DNA of 43,926 bases, from UHGV virus genome UHGV-0164981; one strand, written 5' to 3'. Source of the stretch: a virus. Below the pieces are notes generated by a model that saw nothing but the letters and a program-made list of their open reading frames with translations, was not told the origin of the DNA and searched no databases. The position numbers were made by a program, and so were the translations under genes. This document shows, piece after piece, positions 27,079-36,099 of the stretch (its first letter is position 1; every line of letters begins with the position of its first letter).

Positions 27079-28479
27079 TTAACCGTCCACATTAAAATCA
27101 ATACGGGTGATATATTTACTACCCCACGCAGAATCGGCCTGAGGGATAGTCGCGTAATCATCTACAGCCTGAACGTTTACCACAGAGCCATCGGAATAGG
27201 TTATGTTGATGCTTGTCGCGCCATTCATGGTTACTTTCGCGGACGCTGTCGAGCGGGTGACAACAACGGCATCGGTTATTACCGGGGATGTTGTATTTTG
27301 GTTTACCTCTACAGTAGCCGCGGATAATTTAACCCCTGAAACGCCATCCCCCGTAAATGACCCGGTAACTCCGTCTGAATATATCCATGCGTCCATCCGT
27401 ATGCTCATTGTTTTATCTTCTGTTGCGGTAATCGTCTCCGATATTCGGAACCACCCTCCGCCTACGTCGGTTACATCTGTACCGCCTGGGCCGGAATAAA
27501 TGCTACCATCCCGCAAATCAACAACTGCTGAGCCTAATACTGTAGGAAGTTCTCGCACGTACATCCGTATGAAATTGTATCCGTTTGCTTTTGCGAAGAA
27601 ACTAAAAGTAACCATGTCGCCAACACCAACGCTAACATCTACAGTCTGGTTTATTAGGTGGTTACCGCTTGTGGCGGTAGCAGTTACGTCGTACGTGCCT
27701 GCGGCTGTTAAAACACCTGTTTCAGATACTGATACACTCACCAAACCTTTGTTCCAGTTTGACGAAGAGAAATTGCTTGAATATAGGAATCTGTTAGTTA
27801 CTGATGCCTCCGGTGGCACACGCCCAACTGCCGAGCCATCGATAAACGTAAGTGGCCATTCACCGGCGGCGGACTGCACAAGATTGCCGTTTCGGTTGAT
27901 GTAATAAACCTGCGGCCCGTCATACACAATGCGGCTATCAAGAGTCGACGCCAGAAGGTTAATCGGCGGGTATCCTGCAGGCCCTTCATTGCTCCAGATG
28001 CGCGGGAACGTCGTCTCGTAGTTCGCATATATTTTCAGGAAACTACCCAGACAGTCCCCGTAACAACCGTACAAATCCGGAAGATTGTTAATCAGGCACT
28101 GGTTCTCAAGGTCCTGGAACGGCGATTTCTCGGCGGTTGCCGTGAAAGTAATCGTCCAGTTAATGCCATCTTCGGTGGACTCAGCGATGGTGGACGTGAT
28201 TGTTACCTGGTAATCCTCAATACCCATGCCGAAGTCGTGCGCCATCCAGAAACTTGACGCACCGCCGTCTACTTTTTCTAGGAACGACAGAAATGCCTGC
28301 CGCCCCAGCGCCGATGTAATCAAGGTTACGCTCACCGGGAACACGTCGTAATATGTGTCGCGTCCCTGACGCACCCCGCCACCGGCTAAATCTACACTCC
28401 AGACGTTGTTGCGTCTGGTCATTGAGTAGCCTTTCGACACAATAGGCTTAAGGCTACGTGGGAAATATAAGTCGGTCAT
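27079..28479 (-). CDS. minor tail protein (distal tail / baseplate hub-like)
   Basis: 466-aa ORF immediately downstream of the tape measure gene (stop/start overlap). Confidence 0.45.
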   Translation of the reverse strand: MTDLYFPRSLKPIVSKGYSMTRRNNVWSVDLAGGGVRQGRDTYYDVFPVSVTLITSALGRQAFLSFLEKVDGGASSFWMAHDFGMGIEDYQVTITSTIAESTEDGINWTITFTATAEKSPFQDLENQCLINNLPDLYGCYGDCLGSFLKIYANYETTFPRIWSNEGPAGYPPINLLASTLDSRIVYDGPQVYYINRNGNLVQSAAGEWPLTFIDGSAVGRVPPEASVTNRFLYSSNFSSSNWNKGLVSVSVSETGVLTAAGTYDVTATATSGNHLINQTVDVSVGVGDMVTFSFFAKANGYNFIRMYVRELPTVLGSAVVDLRDGSIYSGPGGTDVTDVGGGWFRISETITATEDKTMSIRMDAWIYSDGVTGSFTGDGVSGVKLSAATVEVNQNTTSPVITDAVVVTRSTASAKVTMNGATSINITYSDGSVVNVQAVDDYATIPQADSAWGSKYITRIDFNVDG

Positions 28480-30752
28480 TATTTAAACCCCGGCGCGTTT
28501 CTTGTGGCCTTGCGGGCCTTGCTAATCTTACTGTTGCTGTTCTGCAAAGACGCGGCGACTTGCTCCTCTATGATGATACGCAGACGGCCTTCATCATCTT
28601 GTTCTGTGGATACGTTGCCGATTTGAGAACTTGTGTTGTTTACGATAGTAACATTAGACGGGCCGGAAGAAGACCCGTTTTGCCCCATAATTTCTTTCAT
28701 CTGCTGCGCGGTGCGCACGCGTGATGCACCAGCTGGCATGATAACTTCTGGTTTACCACGTTCTGCGATGGTGGAAGCCTGCCCCGCAGATAACTGACCG
28801 CCCTGTTCACGCGCGGACCGGATAGCGGAAACCTGCGCCATACCTGCACCAACGGCAGCGGCAGCGGCTACAGGGGCCAGGAACGGGCCAACTACAGGTA
28901 TAGCTGCCGTTGACTTGTACGCCTCAATAGCTGCGGTGTACGTGGCGATAGTGGCCTGTACGATAGCGAATGCCTTGTACGCGCCAGAAGCCTCACCCAA
29001 CGCAGACCCGATGTTTGAGGCCATGTTACCAAAGGCCGTTGCCGTTGCATCGGCACGTTTGGTTGCGTATTGCTCGTTGATGGCGTTAAGAGCGGCCTGA
29101 TACTGCTTCTCGCTAATCAAACCCTGCTCGCGGTACTTATCCGCTACCGCCAGTTTCTGCTGTTCCTGGATGTCGAGAAGCTCAAGCTCAGTAGCGTTCT
29201 GACCCATAATCTGAGCCATGAAGTCGTCACCTTTCTGCTGCTTTTCCTGGGCTTCTTTCTGGCGTTTATCCAGTTCATCTTGTCGTTTTTGCCCGGCTTC
29301 GAGGACGATAGCTGTTTTAGCTTGTTCATATTCTTTCAGGGACAACGCGCCCTGGCTGTAGAACTCTTTTGCCTTAGCCAGTTTCTGCTGTTCCTGCGCG
29401 TCGATAGCCTTTAACTCGTCGTTGTTCTGACGGGCCAAAGTGTCGAGGTAATCTTGCGCCTGATTCCGCAATTGCTCTGCTTTCTTGGCGGCGGCTTTTG
29501 CTGCTTTATCGTCGGTTGTCCCCACCCCACCAGTTCCGCCCTTTTTATTAACAAGGCTGGCTAAGTCAATTTCTTGCTTCTTACGCTCGTCGTACTGCTT
29601 GCGCTGTTCCTCAATTTCTTTCTTACGCTGTTTCGAGCGGTCAGTTATTGCCTGTGATTCTGCCTCCGCGCGTTTTATGCTAGCGGCGTACGCGGCGTCG
29701 GCCTCTGCGGTCAGGTTTTTAAATGTTAGCGCCGCCGTTTTGCTCGGGTCAAACACGTCGGCAAGGGTCTGCCCTAACGCTACAGCGTAATCGTCGATGC
29801 GCTGGAACCACGCAATAACCTCGTGAAATGTCTGCTGGATGTCCGGCAACCACTCACGGATAGCATCCGGTATAGTCCCCAGCGAGTCAGACATATCAAC
29901 GGATTTGTCCTCGGTATCGAATGCCAGGTCATTCAAGGCGTCGGAAATAAACTTGAATGACTCATTGAACAGCGCCACCCAATCCTGGAGCGTGGCGGCT
30001 ATCTCATTAGACGCGATGGCGTCGGTAAGCGCCGTGATAGCGTCTTCCGCTGTGGCCGCTTGCTCACCTACGGCGTCGCCAAAACCAGACTGCGCCACCG
30101 CAAGAACAAGACCGTCGAAGGAGTCGGCGAGGCTCGATAACTGGCCGTCTAGCGTCTTAGAGCGCGTCTCCATCGCCCCGGCAAAATCGGTGTTGCCGAT
30201 ATTCAGGAGGTATTTCTGAATCTCTTCGGAGTTCTTCTTAACCGTGGTCGTTACGCCGCGGAACGTGAACGAAACTGTATCTGCCTGTTGCGACGACTTG
30301 ATGCCGAACTCTTTTAAGCGCTCAAATTCAAATGTACTGGCGTCGGCAACTGCCTCAATCATCTGATTAAGGTCTTTACCCATAGCCGCCGCGGTGTTGC
30401 CGTAGGAGATTAACGCCTCTTTGCTGGGGTTCAGACCGAGCGCAACGAGCTTGGTAAACCCCTCTACCGCCTGATTGAGACCATACGGGGTCTCTTTTGC
30501 GAACTGTTGCAGGACGCTGAAAGCCTTAGCCGCGTTCTCGGCGCTCCCGGTCATCGTGATGAGGCCGGAGTTCAGCTTATCGAAGTTTCGCTGGGAATCC
30601 ACCAGCGCGCTGAACACCTGCTTAGCGGTTTCCAGACTGACAACGGCGGCGGCGGCGGCCCCCGCCGCCTTGGTAAGCCCGTTCAGTTGTGATGTGGTTT
30701 TATCGACGCCGGTCGATGATACTCGTACTATCAAGCTAGCGGTATCAGCCAT
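28479..30752 (-). CDS. tail tape measure protein
   Basis: About 757 aa from the ATG at 30752 (GAAGGT RBS); Ala/Gln/Glu/Lys-rich with long heptad-like stretches, Gly-rich segment (GGTGGVGTT) and position downstream of the chaperone pair. Confidence 0.7.
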   Translation of the reverse strand: MADTASLIVRVSSTGVDKTTSQLNGLTKAAGAAAAAVVSLETAKQVFSALVDSQRNFDKLNSGLITMTGSAENAAKAFSVLQQFAKETPYGLNQAVEGFTKLVALGLNPSKEALISYGNTAAAMGKDLNQMIEAVADASTFEFERLKEFGIKSSQQADTVSFTFRGVTTTVKKNSEEIQKYLLNIGNTDFAGAMETRSKTLDGQLSSLADSFDGLVLAVAQSGFGDAVGEQAATAEDAITALTDAIASNEIAATLQDWVALFNESFKFISDALNDLAFDTEDKSVDMSDSLGTIPDAIREWLPDIQQTFHEVIAWFQRIDDYAVALGQTLADVFDPSKTAALTFKNLTAEADAAYAASIKRAEAESQAITDRSKQRKKEIEEQRKQYDERKKQEIDLASLVNKKGGTGGVGTTDDKAAKAAAKKAEQLRNQAQDYLDTLARQNNDELKAIDAQEQQKLAKAKEFYSQGALSLKEYEQAKTAIVLEAGQKRQDELDKRQKEAQEKQQKGDDFMAQIMGQNATELELLDIQEQQKLAVADKYREQGLISEKQYQAALNAINEQYATKRADATATAFGNMASNIGSALGEASGAYKAFAIVQATIATYTAAIEAYKSTAAIPVVGPFLAPVAAAAAVGAGMAQVSAIRSAREQGGQLSAGQASTIAERGKPEVIMPAGASRVRTAQQMKEIMGQNGSSSGPSNVTIVNNTSSQIGNVSTEQDDEGRLRIIIEEQVAASLQNSNSKISKARKATRNAPGFK

Positions 30753-31077
30753 GATTTCTACCTTCAAATATTGCTTCTAAGCCCATGATAATGTCTATCT
30801 CGAACAGGCTAAGCTGTTTTTGCGTAACATCGAGATAGGCTTTCAGGTCTTGCCACGTAACAGATTCTCTTGCAAACAATACTACAGCGTCCTCGCGCAC
30901 GTGTCGCGTAAACTTAATGTCGCAATACGTCTCAAAGGTGGATATAAAAAGGGGCGGGCATTCTGGCCCACCCCGTCGCGCTGCACGTTTTTTCTTATCG
31001 ATTACACCCATCGCGATAAGCGCCTGTTCGTGTCCGTCGGCGATAGAATCAAACTCTCTGATTTTATGCTTATCCAC
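30745..31077 (-). CDS. tail assembly chaperone, downstream (T-like) frame, probably expressed as a frameshift fusion
   Basis: ORF has no ATG start in good context; its frame stays open upstream to about 31128 and overlaps the last 6 codons of the upstream chaperone ORF in the -1 frame. Confidence 0.45.
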   Translation of the reverse strand: MDKHKIREFDSIADGHEQALIAMGVIDKKKRAARRGGPECPPLFISTFETYCDIKFTRHVREDAVVLFARESVTWQDLKAYLDVTQKQLSLFEIDIIMGLEAIFEGRNHG

Positions 31078-31109
31078 AAACTCGTAGGTGGCGAACCTGT
31101 ACAGCGCGT

Positions 31110-31526
31110 CTACTTTTCCTGTAATGCTTTACGCTCGGCGTTATGGAACGCCGCCACCTGTGTACCTAATGCCTTGAATTGGTCGAGCAATTTGCTAAAC
31201 GCTTCCTTAGAGAAAGGCTCGTCAAAGCTCCAGCCGTTTACTACTTCTGCCGCAAGTTGCCGGTTGAGGTCTTCTGCCAGTTCGTTAACCGCCATGTTAT
31301 ATTCAGTATAATCACCAGAGTCTTTGGCAGCTTTTTCCAGTTCTTCAAAACGTGCCAGCCCGCGGCGGTACGCAATAATGAAAGCACGCCCCGCTTTAAC
31401 GGCGACATCCGCATCGGGACTTACAACGTTAAGCCATTCACCGGAGTCTTCGCCGTTTGGCAGCAGAATGGGCATCTTCTTGCCTACCAGTGCTTTCTCT
31501 TCGAAATAAAAATCAGAAAGTTTCAT
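31110..31526 (-). CDS. tail assembly chaperone (G-like)
   Basis: 138-aa acidic protein immediately upstream of the tape measure/chaperone pair; ends in GAA AAG TAG where a -1 shift enters the downstream ORF. Confidence 0.5.
   Translation of the reverse strand: MKLSDFYFEEKALVGKKMPILLPNGEDSGEWLNVVSPDADVAVKAGRAFIIAYRRGLARFEELEKAAKDSGDYTEYNMAVNELAEDLNRQLAAEVVNGWSFDEPFSKEAFSKLLDQFKALGTQVAAFHNAERKALQEK
31113..31120 (-). other. candidate -1 programmed ribosomal frameshift site (GAAAAG at the stop codon of the G-like chaperone)
   Basis: Minus-strand sequence ...CAG GAA AAG TAG...; slipping back one base at AAG gives AAA GTA GAC... which is the open frame of the 30745-31077 ORF. Confidence 0.4.
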
Positions 31527-31634
31527 TCTTTAATCCTTTGGTTAAGAGGTTACAGGTTAACGATAAATGCGCCAGACGGGAACCACCCGCTTTTCGTGTG
31601 CGACACTAGGCGCAAACTTATTCTATCACATTAC

Positions 31635-31663
31635 TTGCACACCCCAATATAATAGGGTACTAT
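31635..31663 (+). promoter_or_regulatory. class A promoter (TTGCAC-17 nt-TACTAT) driving the plus-strand cassette
   Basis: TTACTTGCAC accccaatataataggg TACTATTCACTTA; same element as at 9449-9480, 8350-8381 and 41133-41161. Confidence 0.6.
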
Positions 31664-31693
31664 TCACTTACACCAACAATGAAGGGGTTTAAA

Positions 31694-31885
31694 ATGTCCA
31701 GTTTACCAGTTTCCTTAATTCTGTTTGCACTGCTCGCTTATTTCGCGCCTTTCCTGGTTGCGTACTTCCGTAACCATAAAGCGAAGTTAGCGATATTCAT
31801 GGCTAATCTGTTTCTTGGTTGGGTTCTGCTGCCGTGGGTATTTATCTTAATCTGGGCGTGCAACTCGAATGTCAAAGAGAAGTGA
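31694..31885 (+). CDS. small two-TM membrane protein, superinfection-immunity-like
   Basis: About 63 aa from the second ATG (AAGGGG RBS): MSSLPVSLILFALLAYFAPFLVAYFRNHKAKLAIFMANLFLGWVLLPWVFILIWA; the YF.P..VA..R.H....I...N.FLGW pattern matches my recollection of the small Imm-type superinfection immunity family. Confidence 0.5.
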   Translation: MSSLPVSLILFALLAYFAPFLVAYFRNHKAKLAIFMANLFLGWVLLPWVFILIWACNSNVKEK

Positions 31886-31923
31886 GCTAGTATAGGACAA
31901 ATCCTAAACACGAGGAAGTAAGC

Positions 31924-33054
31924 ATGGCCCAGAAGAAAATAACCGACGAACAGTTACAGGAAGAATTGAACGCCGGGATGAAGAATGTAGACATCGCCCG
32001 TAAATACGGCATCTCAGACCGCGTTATTCGTATCCGTAAAGCGAAGCTGGCTAAGAAAGGCGTAGGTCACGGGCGAGACGTTAGTCACCTTGTGCCCGAT
32101 GGCTACAAGATTAAGGGTACATCGTCTCTGGTGGACGAGTTCGGCAACACTAAGTTGCAATGGGTTAAGACCGACACCGATGCCGAACGTCAGGTAGAGT
32201 TGATGAAAGCCGTAATCGAAGGAATGAAATCAGAGATTACGCCAGTCGCCCCTGTTAAAGCGGCACGCGCCAAACGTGACGATAAACTACTCAATCTTTA
32301 CACTGTGTCTGATTTTCATCTCGGTATGCTGGCATGGGCCGATGAGAGCGGCGACGACTGGGATATGAAGATTGCAGAAGACCTGTTCTCTCGATGGTTC
32401 GACGCGGCGTTTCAGAAAGCACCGGACGCGGGAACAGGAGTTATTAACCTTCTGGGCGACCTCGCTCACTTCGATAGTCTGGATGCAGTTACACCTGCAA
32501 GCGGGCATGTTCTTGATGCGGACACGCGCTATCAGAAACTTGTACGCTATATGATTCGGATGGTCCGCCGTGTCATTGATATGGCGCTGGTTAAGCATAA
32601 AAATGTTCGCTTGCTTATCGTGCAAGGGAACCACGACGAAAGCGGAATGATTTGGTTGGCTGAGATGTTCAGTACGCTGTATGACAACGAGCCGCGGGTG
32701 TTCGTCGATACGTCGCCGGATGTTTACAAGATGGTGCAACACGGCAAAACGACGCTGTTCTTTCATCACGGTCACAAAGCACGCTTCGACGCTATCGAAC
32801 CAGTTATGATTGCCAAGTTCCGCAAAGCGTTCGGCGAGAGTATTTACAGCTACGCCCACGTAGGCCATCTGCACCACCAGAAGATTGTAGAAAGCCGTAA
32901 CATGATTGTTGAGCAACACCGCACCTTAGCGGCTAAAGACGCCTACGCCTCTCGCGGCGGATGGATGTCGGGCCGCAGTGCAAATGTAATTACTTATAGC
33001 GCCGAATATGGCGAGGTCGCACGTTTAACTATTTCACCGGAGATGCTGGGATGA
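31924..33054 (+). CDS. HTH domain fused to calcineurin-like metallophosphoesterase (SbcD/Mre11-type motifs)
   Basis: 376 aa; N-terminal NVDIARKYGISDRVIRIRKAKL (HTH-like), then SDFHLG, GDLAHFD, QGNHDE, FFHHGH and GHLHHQ in the canonical order of binuclear metallophosphoesterase motifs. Confidence 0.7.
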   Translation: MAQKKITDEQLQEELNAGMKNVDIARKYGISDRVIRIRKAKLAKKGVGHGRDVSHLVPDGYKIKGTSSLVDEFGNTKLQWVKTDTDAERQVELMKAVIEGMKSEITPVAPVKAARAKRDDKLLNLYTVSDFHLGMLAWADESGDDWDMKIAEDLFSRWFDAAFQKAPDAGTGVINLLGDLAHFDSLDAVTPASGHVLDADTRYQKLVRYMIRMVRRVIDMALVKHKNVRLLIVQGNHDESGMIWLAEMFSTLYDNEPRVFVDTSPDVYKMVQHGKTTLFFHHGHKARFDAIEPVMIAKFRKAFGESIYSYAHVGHLHHQKIVESRNMIVEQHRTLAAKDAYASRGGWMSGRSANVITYSAEYGEVARLTISPEMLG

Positions 33055-33539
33055 AAGATATTGTAATTTTCGATTTAGACGGGACATTGGCCGACGGTAC
33101 CCATCGCTTACACCTGTTACCAAAAGATAACTACGGAGAAACGTGGGCGTGGAAGCCATTTAACATGGCCTGCAAAGATGACGCTCCGATATACGACAAT
33201 ATCCATTTGTGTAGCGTACTGTGGCATTCCGGACTTACTATAATTATCCTTACCGGGCGAAGTGATGACGCTGAGGAGGAGACTCGCGAATGGTTACGAG
33301 AGAATAACGTTAGGTTTGACACGCTAATCATGCGCAGCAAACACGACAACAGAAAAGACATCGTAATTAAAGAAGAGGTGTTGCGTGCTTTCGGACTGGA
33401 AAGAATCTTGTGTGCGTTCGACGACTCTCCAGCGGTAATAAAGCATTTCCGTGACCTCGGCATAACCGCACACGCAGTTACCGAATACGACTGTAACGGG
33501 AACTCTACACACTTAAAACCACACGGGAGCGATAAATAA
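33051..33539 (+). CDS. HAD-superfamily phosphatase (polynucleotide 3'-phosphatase / nucleotidase-like)
   Basis: 162 aa; motif I VIFDLDGTLA, motif II IILTGR, Lys-containing KHDNRKD, motif IV CAFDDS. Layout resembles the phosphatase half of T4 polynucleotide kinase as I recall it. ATGA overlap with the upstream gene. Confidence 0.7.
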   Translation: MKDIVIFDLDGTLADGTHRLHLLPKDNYGETWAWKPFNMACKDDAPIYDNIHLCSVLWHSGLTIIILTGRSDDAEEETREWLRENNVRFDTLIMRSKHDNRKDIVIKEEVLRAFGLERILCAFDDSPAVIKHFRDLGITAHAVTEYDCNGNSTHLKPHGSDK

Positions 33540-34093
33540 TGGCTAAGGTAATTATTCTTAATGGCCCTGCGGGTTGCGGGAAAGACACGCTTGCTATGGC
33601 GCTGGTAGAAATGGGCTTTGCGAAAGGAACTACCAGTTTCAAGAATCCAATGTTCAATATTGCTTTGGCAGCGTTAGGCCAGGATGCTTACCACGAATTT
33701 CTCGACGGCTACGACGACCGGGCGCGGAAAGAAAAACCCGAGGGTTTTCTTAATGGGTTGTCCCGCCGCCAGTTAATGATTGCCATTTCTGAGCAATTCA
33801 TTAAACCGGTATTCGGCGATGATTATTTCGGTAAGTATCTTGCTGAAAACTTGCCTGACGGCGACGAAGTTTTTGTAGTGTCCGACGGTGGATTCGCCAG
33901 TGAAGTTGCCCCTATCGTCGCCGCGGGGCATGACGTGCGAATCGTCCGCCTCCATCGTGACGGCTATACGTTCATCGGCGATAGCCGTGGCTATCTGTAC
34001 GATGTTAGTGGTGTAAAAGATTACGACACCTACATCATACCGGGTGACGTTAAATCGAACGTTATAGACATTGCTTTAAAATTAGGTTTGTAA
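33539..34093 (+). CDS. P-loop kinase (dNMP kinase-like / polynucleotide kinase-like)
   Basis: 184 aa; Walker A ILNGPAGCGKDT at the N-terminus (GKDT as in T4-type dNMP kinase), later Arg-rich lid-like segments; start overlaps the upstream stop (TAATG). Confidence 0.65.
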   Translation: MAKVIILNGPAGCGKDTLAMALVEMGFAKGTTSFKNPMFNIALAALGQDAYHEFLDGYDDRARKEKPEGFLNGLSRRQLMIAISEQFIKPVFGDDYFGKYLAENLPDGDEVFVVSDGGFASEVAPIVAAGHDVRIVRLHRDGYTFIGDSRGYLYDVSGVKDYDTYIIPGDVKSNVIDIALKLGL

Positions 34094-34096
34094 GAA

Positions 34097-34124
34097 AAAG
34101 GCCCCGAAAGGGGCCTTAGTTTTA
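34097..34124. terminator. bidirectional hairpin AAGGCCCC-GAAA-GGGGCCTT
   Basis: Perfect GC stem between the convergent kinase gene (+) and major tail gene (-), with A-run and T-run flanks. Confidence 0.65.
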
Positions 34125-35288
34125 TGCGTAGGTGATACGCTGGATAACAATAGACGACTGGTACTGGTTGCCAGTAGCCTGGCCTTCAATGGACTGAGTG
34201 ATTGACTCGGGTCCGCCAATCTCTGGTGTTACTGCTGTAAGCTCTGCGCGTTTCAAACTGAAAGACATCGCCCCGTTTACCCCAGCCAGAATAGAGTTAA
34301 TCTCTACCTGCTGTTCGTTGATAAACTTCTGGATCATCGCCATGTCGTACAGCTTGCCAGAGATAGAGAATGTGTTAGCTGCGCGTCCACGTTCGACGAA
34401 CGCCACGCTACTGTTACCGAGTTCGAACTGCGCGGAAGCTCCGTTGTCGTTGGTGATGGTGAGAGTATCGCAACGCAACGGCGTGGAGCCATCGAACACC
34501 GACACATCTACCGACGAGAACGGCTCATCGGTGAACGTAACCTGAGAGAAATCAGAGCCAGACGGCGGCGCGGTAAGAATCTCCTGACTCAGGCCGATGA
34601 ACGGGAAGCTGCCGGTGACCATGGCGTTAACCGCCTGCTCTACGGTAAAGCCAGAGATTTCCACACCTTTGGTCAGCATGTACGCGTCCGGGTTACCACA
34701 CTGGCCCTTGAACCACGTCAGGATGGAGAACGTCTTACACGCGTTACCGGTTTCCAGCTTGTCGCCAGTTTTTGCGTCAGTGGTTACTGTCTCTGCTGTC
34801 AGCGTGTGCTGAATACCTGCGCCCGTAACTACCAGAGCGGAAACCGCGGTCACGATAAACGGTTTTGCGTTGTCGCCGGTTAAGTCGGTGAACGCAATCA
34901 GGTCGCCAACTTCTACACCGTCAGTAATGAAGCTACCGGCAGCGCGGGTGAATGTTTTACCTGCTGGGGCGACCGTAATTTCGGCGCCAGTAATCTCTAC
35001 CCCAGCTTGCCACGTAGAAGTCATCGCTCCCGCAAGGAAATCATCCTGGCTACGAGAGCTAAGTTCGATGGCGTACTCCCCGCTAACCTGTTTGTTACCG
35101 GTTCGGATGGATGTAGTTTCACGGCTGCCGTCTAGTTCGTTGGAAGTCAGCGCATCGCGGGTTACGGCAGGAACACCGCCAGTGTTACGCAACGGCGACC
35201 AGACAGGGTTAGCCGGTGTTACGCCCGGGGTAGTTTCCGCCACATAGAATTGCGCGGTATTCGCGCCCTTAAAAGGAGTTGTAGCCAT
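34122..35288 (-). CDS. major tail protein (putative)
   Basis: About 388 aa from the ATG at about 35288 (AAGAGG RBS); track ORF begins at a GTG at 35294. Position between connector genes and chaperones. Confidence 0.5.
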   Translation of the reverse strand: MATTPFKGANTAQFYVAETTPGVTPANPVWSPLRNTGGVPAVTRDALTSNELDGSRETTSIRTGNKQVSGEYAIELSSRSQDDFLAGAMTSTWQAGVEITGAEITVAPAGKTFTRAAGSFITDGVEVGDLIAFTDLTGDNAKPFIVTAVSALVVTGAGIQHTLTAETVTTDAKTGDKLETGNACKTFSILTWFKGQCGNPDAYMLTKGVEISGFTVEQAVNAMVTGSFPFIGLSQEILTAPPSGSDFSQVTFTDEPFSSVDVSVFDGSTPLRCDTLTITNDNGASAQFELGNSSVAFVERGRAANTFSISGKLYDMAMIQKFINEQQVEINSILAGVNGAMSFSLKRAELTAVTPEIGGPESITQSIEGQATGNQYQSSIVIQRITYA

Positions 35289-35290
35289 AT

Positions 35291-35707
35291 TCACAGCCTC
35301 TTGGTGAATGCAATAAAGTTAATTGACAATGGTCTTTTGGCCCATCCGTTTTCTACAATCAGCGGCCCCAGGCTAACCGATTGAACCTCGGCGCAGATGT
35401 CGTTACGTGAAAATGACTTACCTGCTTTAAACGCCGTGTTAAGTAAGTCTGCCATTTTATTGATTGGCGCGCTACCTTTCACCGATGCGCAGTTAATGTC
35501 TACCTGATAAACACCTGAGCGTTGTTCAGTGAAGAACAAGTCTGCCTGTTCCGTATCTGCCAGCAACATGTAACTTGCCAGATACGGCGTATCGGTTGAC
35601 GTCGGCGCGTCGATGTTTTCAAGCGCGACCTTGATGCCGTTGGTTGTCCCGAAGGCTACCAGCGGCACGTCGAACGCTTTGGTTAAGTCCTCAAAGTAGC
35701 CCATCAT
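35291..35707 (-). CDS. tail/neck protein (tail terminator-like position)
   Basis: 138-aa ORF immediately upstream of the major tail gene; call by position. Confidence 0.35.
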   Translation of the reverse strand: MMGYFEDLTKAFDVPLVAFGTTNGIKVALENIDAPTSTDTPYLASYMLLADTEQADLFFTEQRSGVYQVDINCASVKGSAPINKMADLLNTAFKAGKSFSRNDICAEVQSVSLGPLIVENGWAKRPLSINFIAFTKRL

Positions 35708-36099
35708 TTCACCTTATTGGCTTCTTCATTAATTAGTTGCTGGAAGCGTGACACGTTAGTCCTGACCATGCCTTGCGGGGCCTGTTGCGACCAACCGTAC
35801 TCAAGAGGTTGGGCGTACGGCAGGTTATTAGTCAGCGTGAACTCGTGCCAGTCTGCGGCTTTCAGCACAAAACTAGTGGCGTTTCCTATTGCGATGTTAC
35901 CAGACTTGTCGGTAGCGTCTGTAGTTCCTGAAGCGGGGGTTCCTCCCGACGCCATCCAGTTCATACGAAAACGCCCTTTGTCTACCGGACTCGCCTTTAT
36001 AATAGCGGAAAACAGCTTGATAGACACCTGACGCATCACCGTTTCAGGATTCTTCTTCGCCTTCTCGACGAACTTAGAGACATCAAGCGCGAAACTCAT
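35704..36099 (-). CDS. head-tail connector / neck protein
   Basis: 131-aa ORF, ATGA-type overlap with neighbours; position between capsid and tail genes. Confidence 0.35.
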   Translation of the reverse strand: MSFALDVSKFVEKAKKNPETVMRQVSIKLFSAIIKASPVDKGRFRMNWMASGGTPASGTTDATDKSGNIAIGNATSFVLKAADWHEFTLTNNLPYAQPLEYGWSQQAPQGMVRTNVSRFQQLINEEANKVK

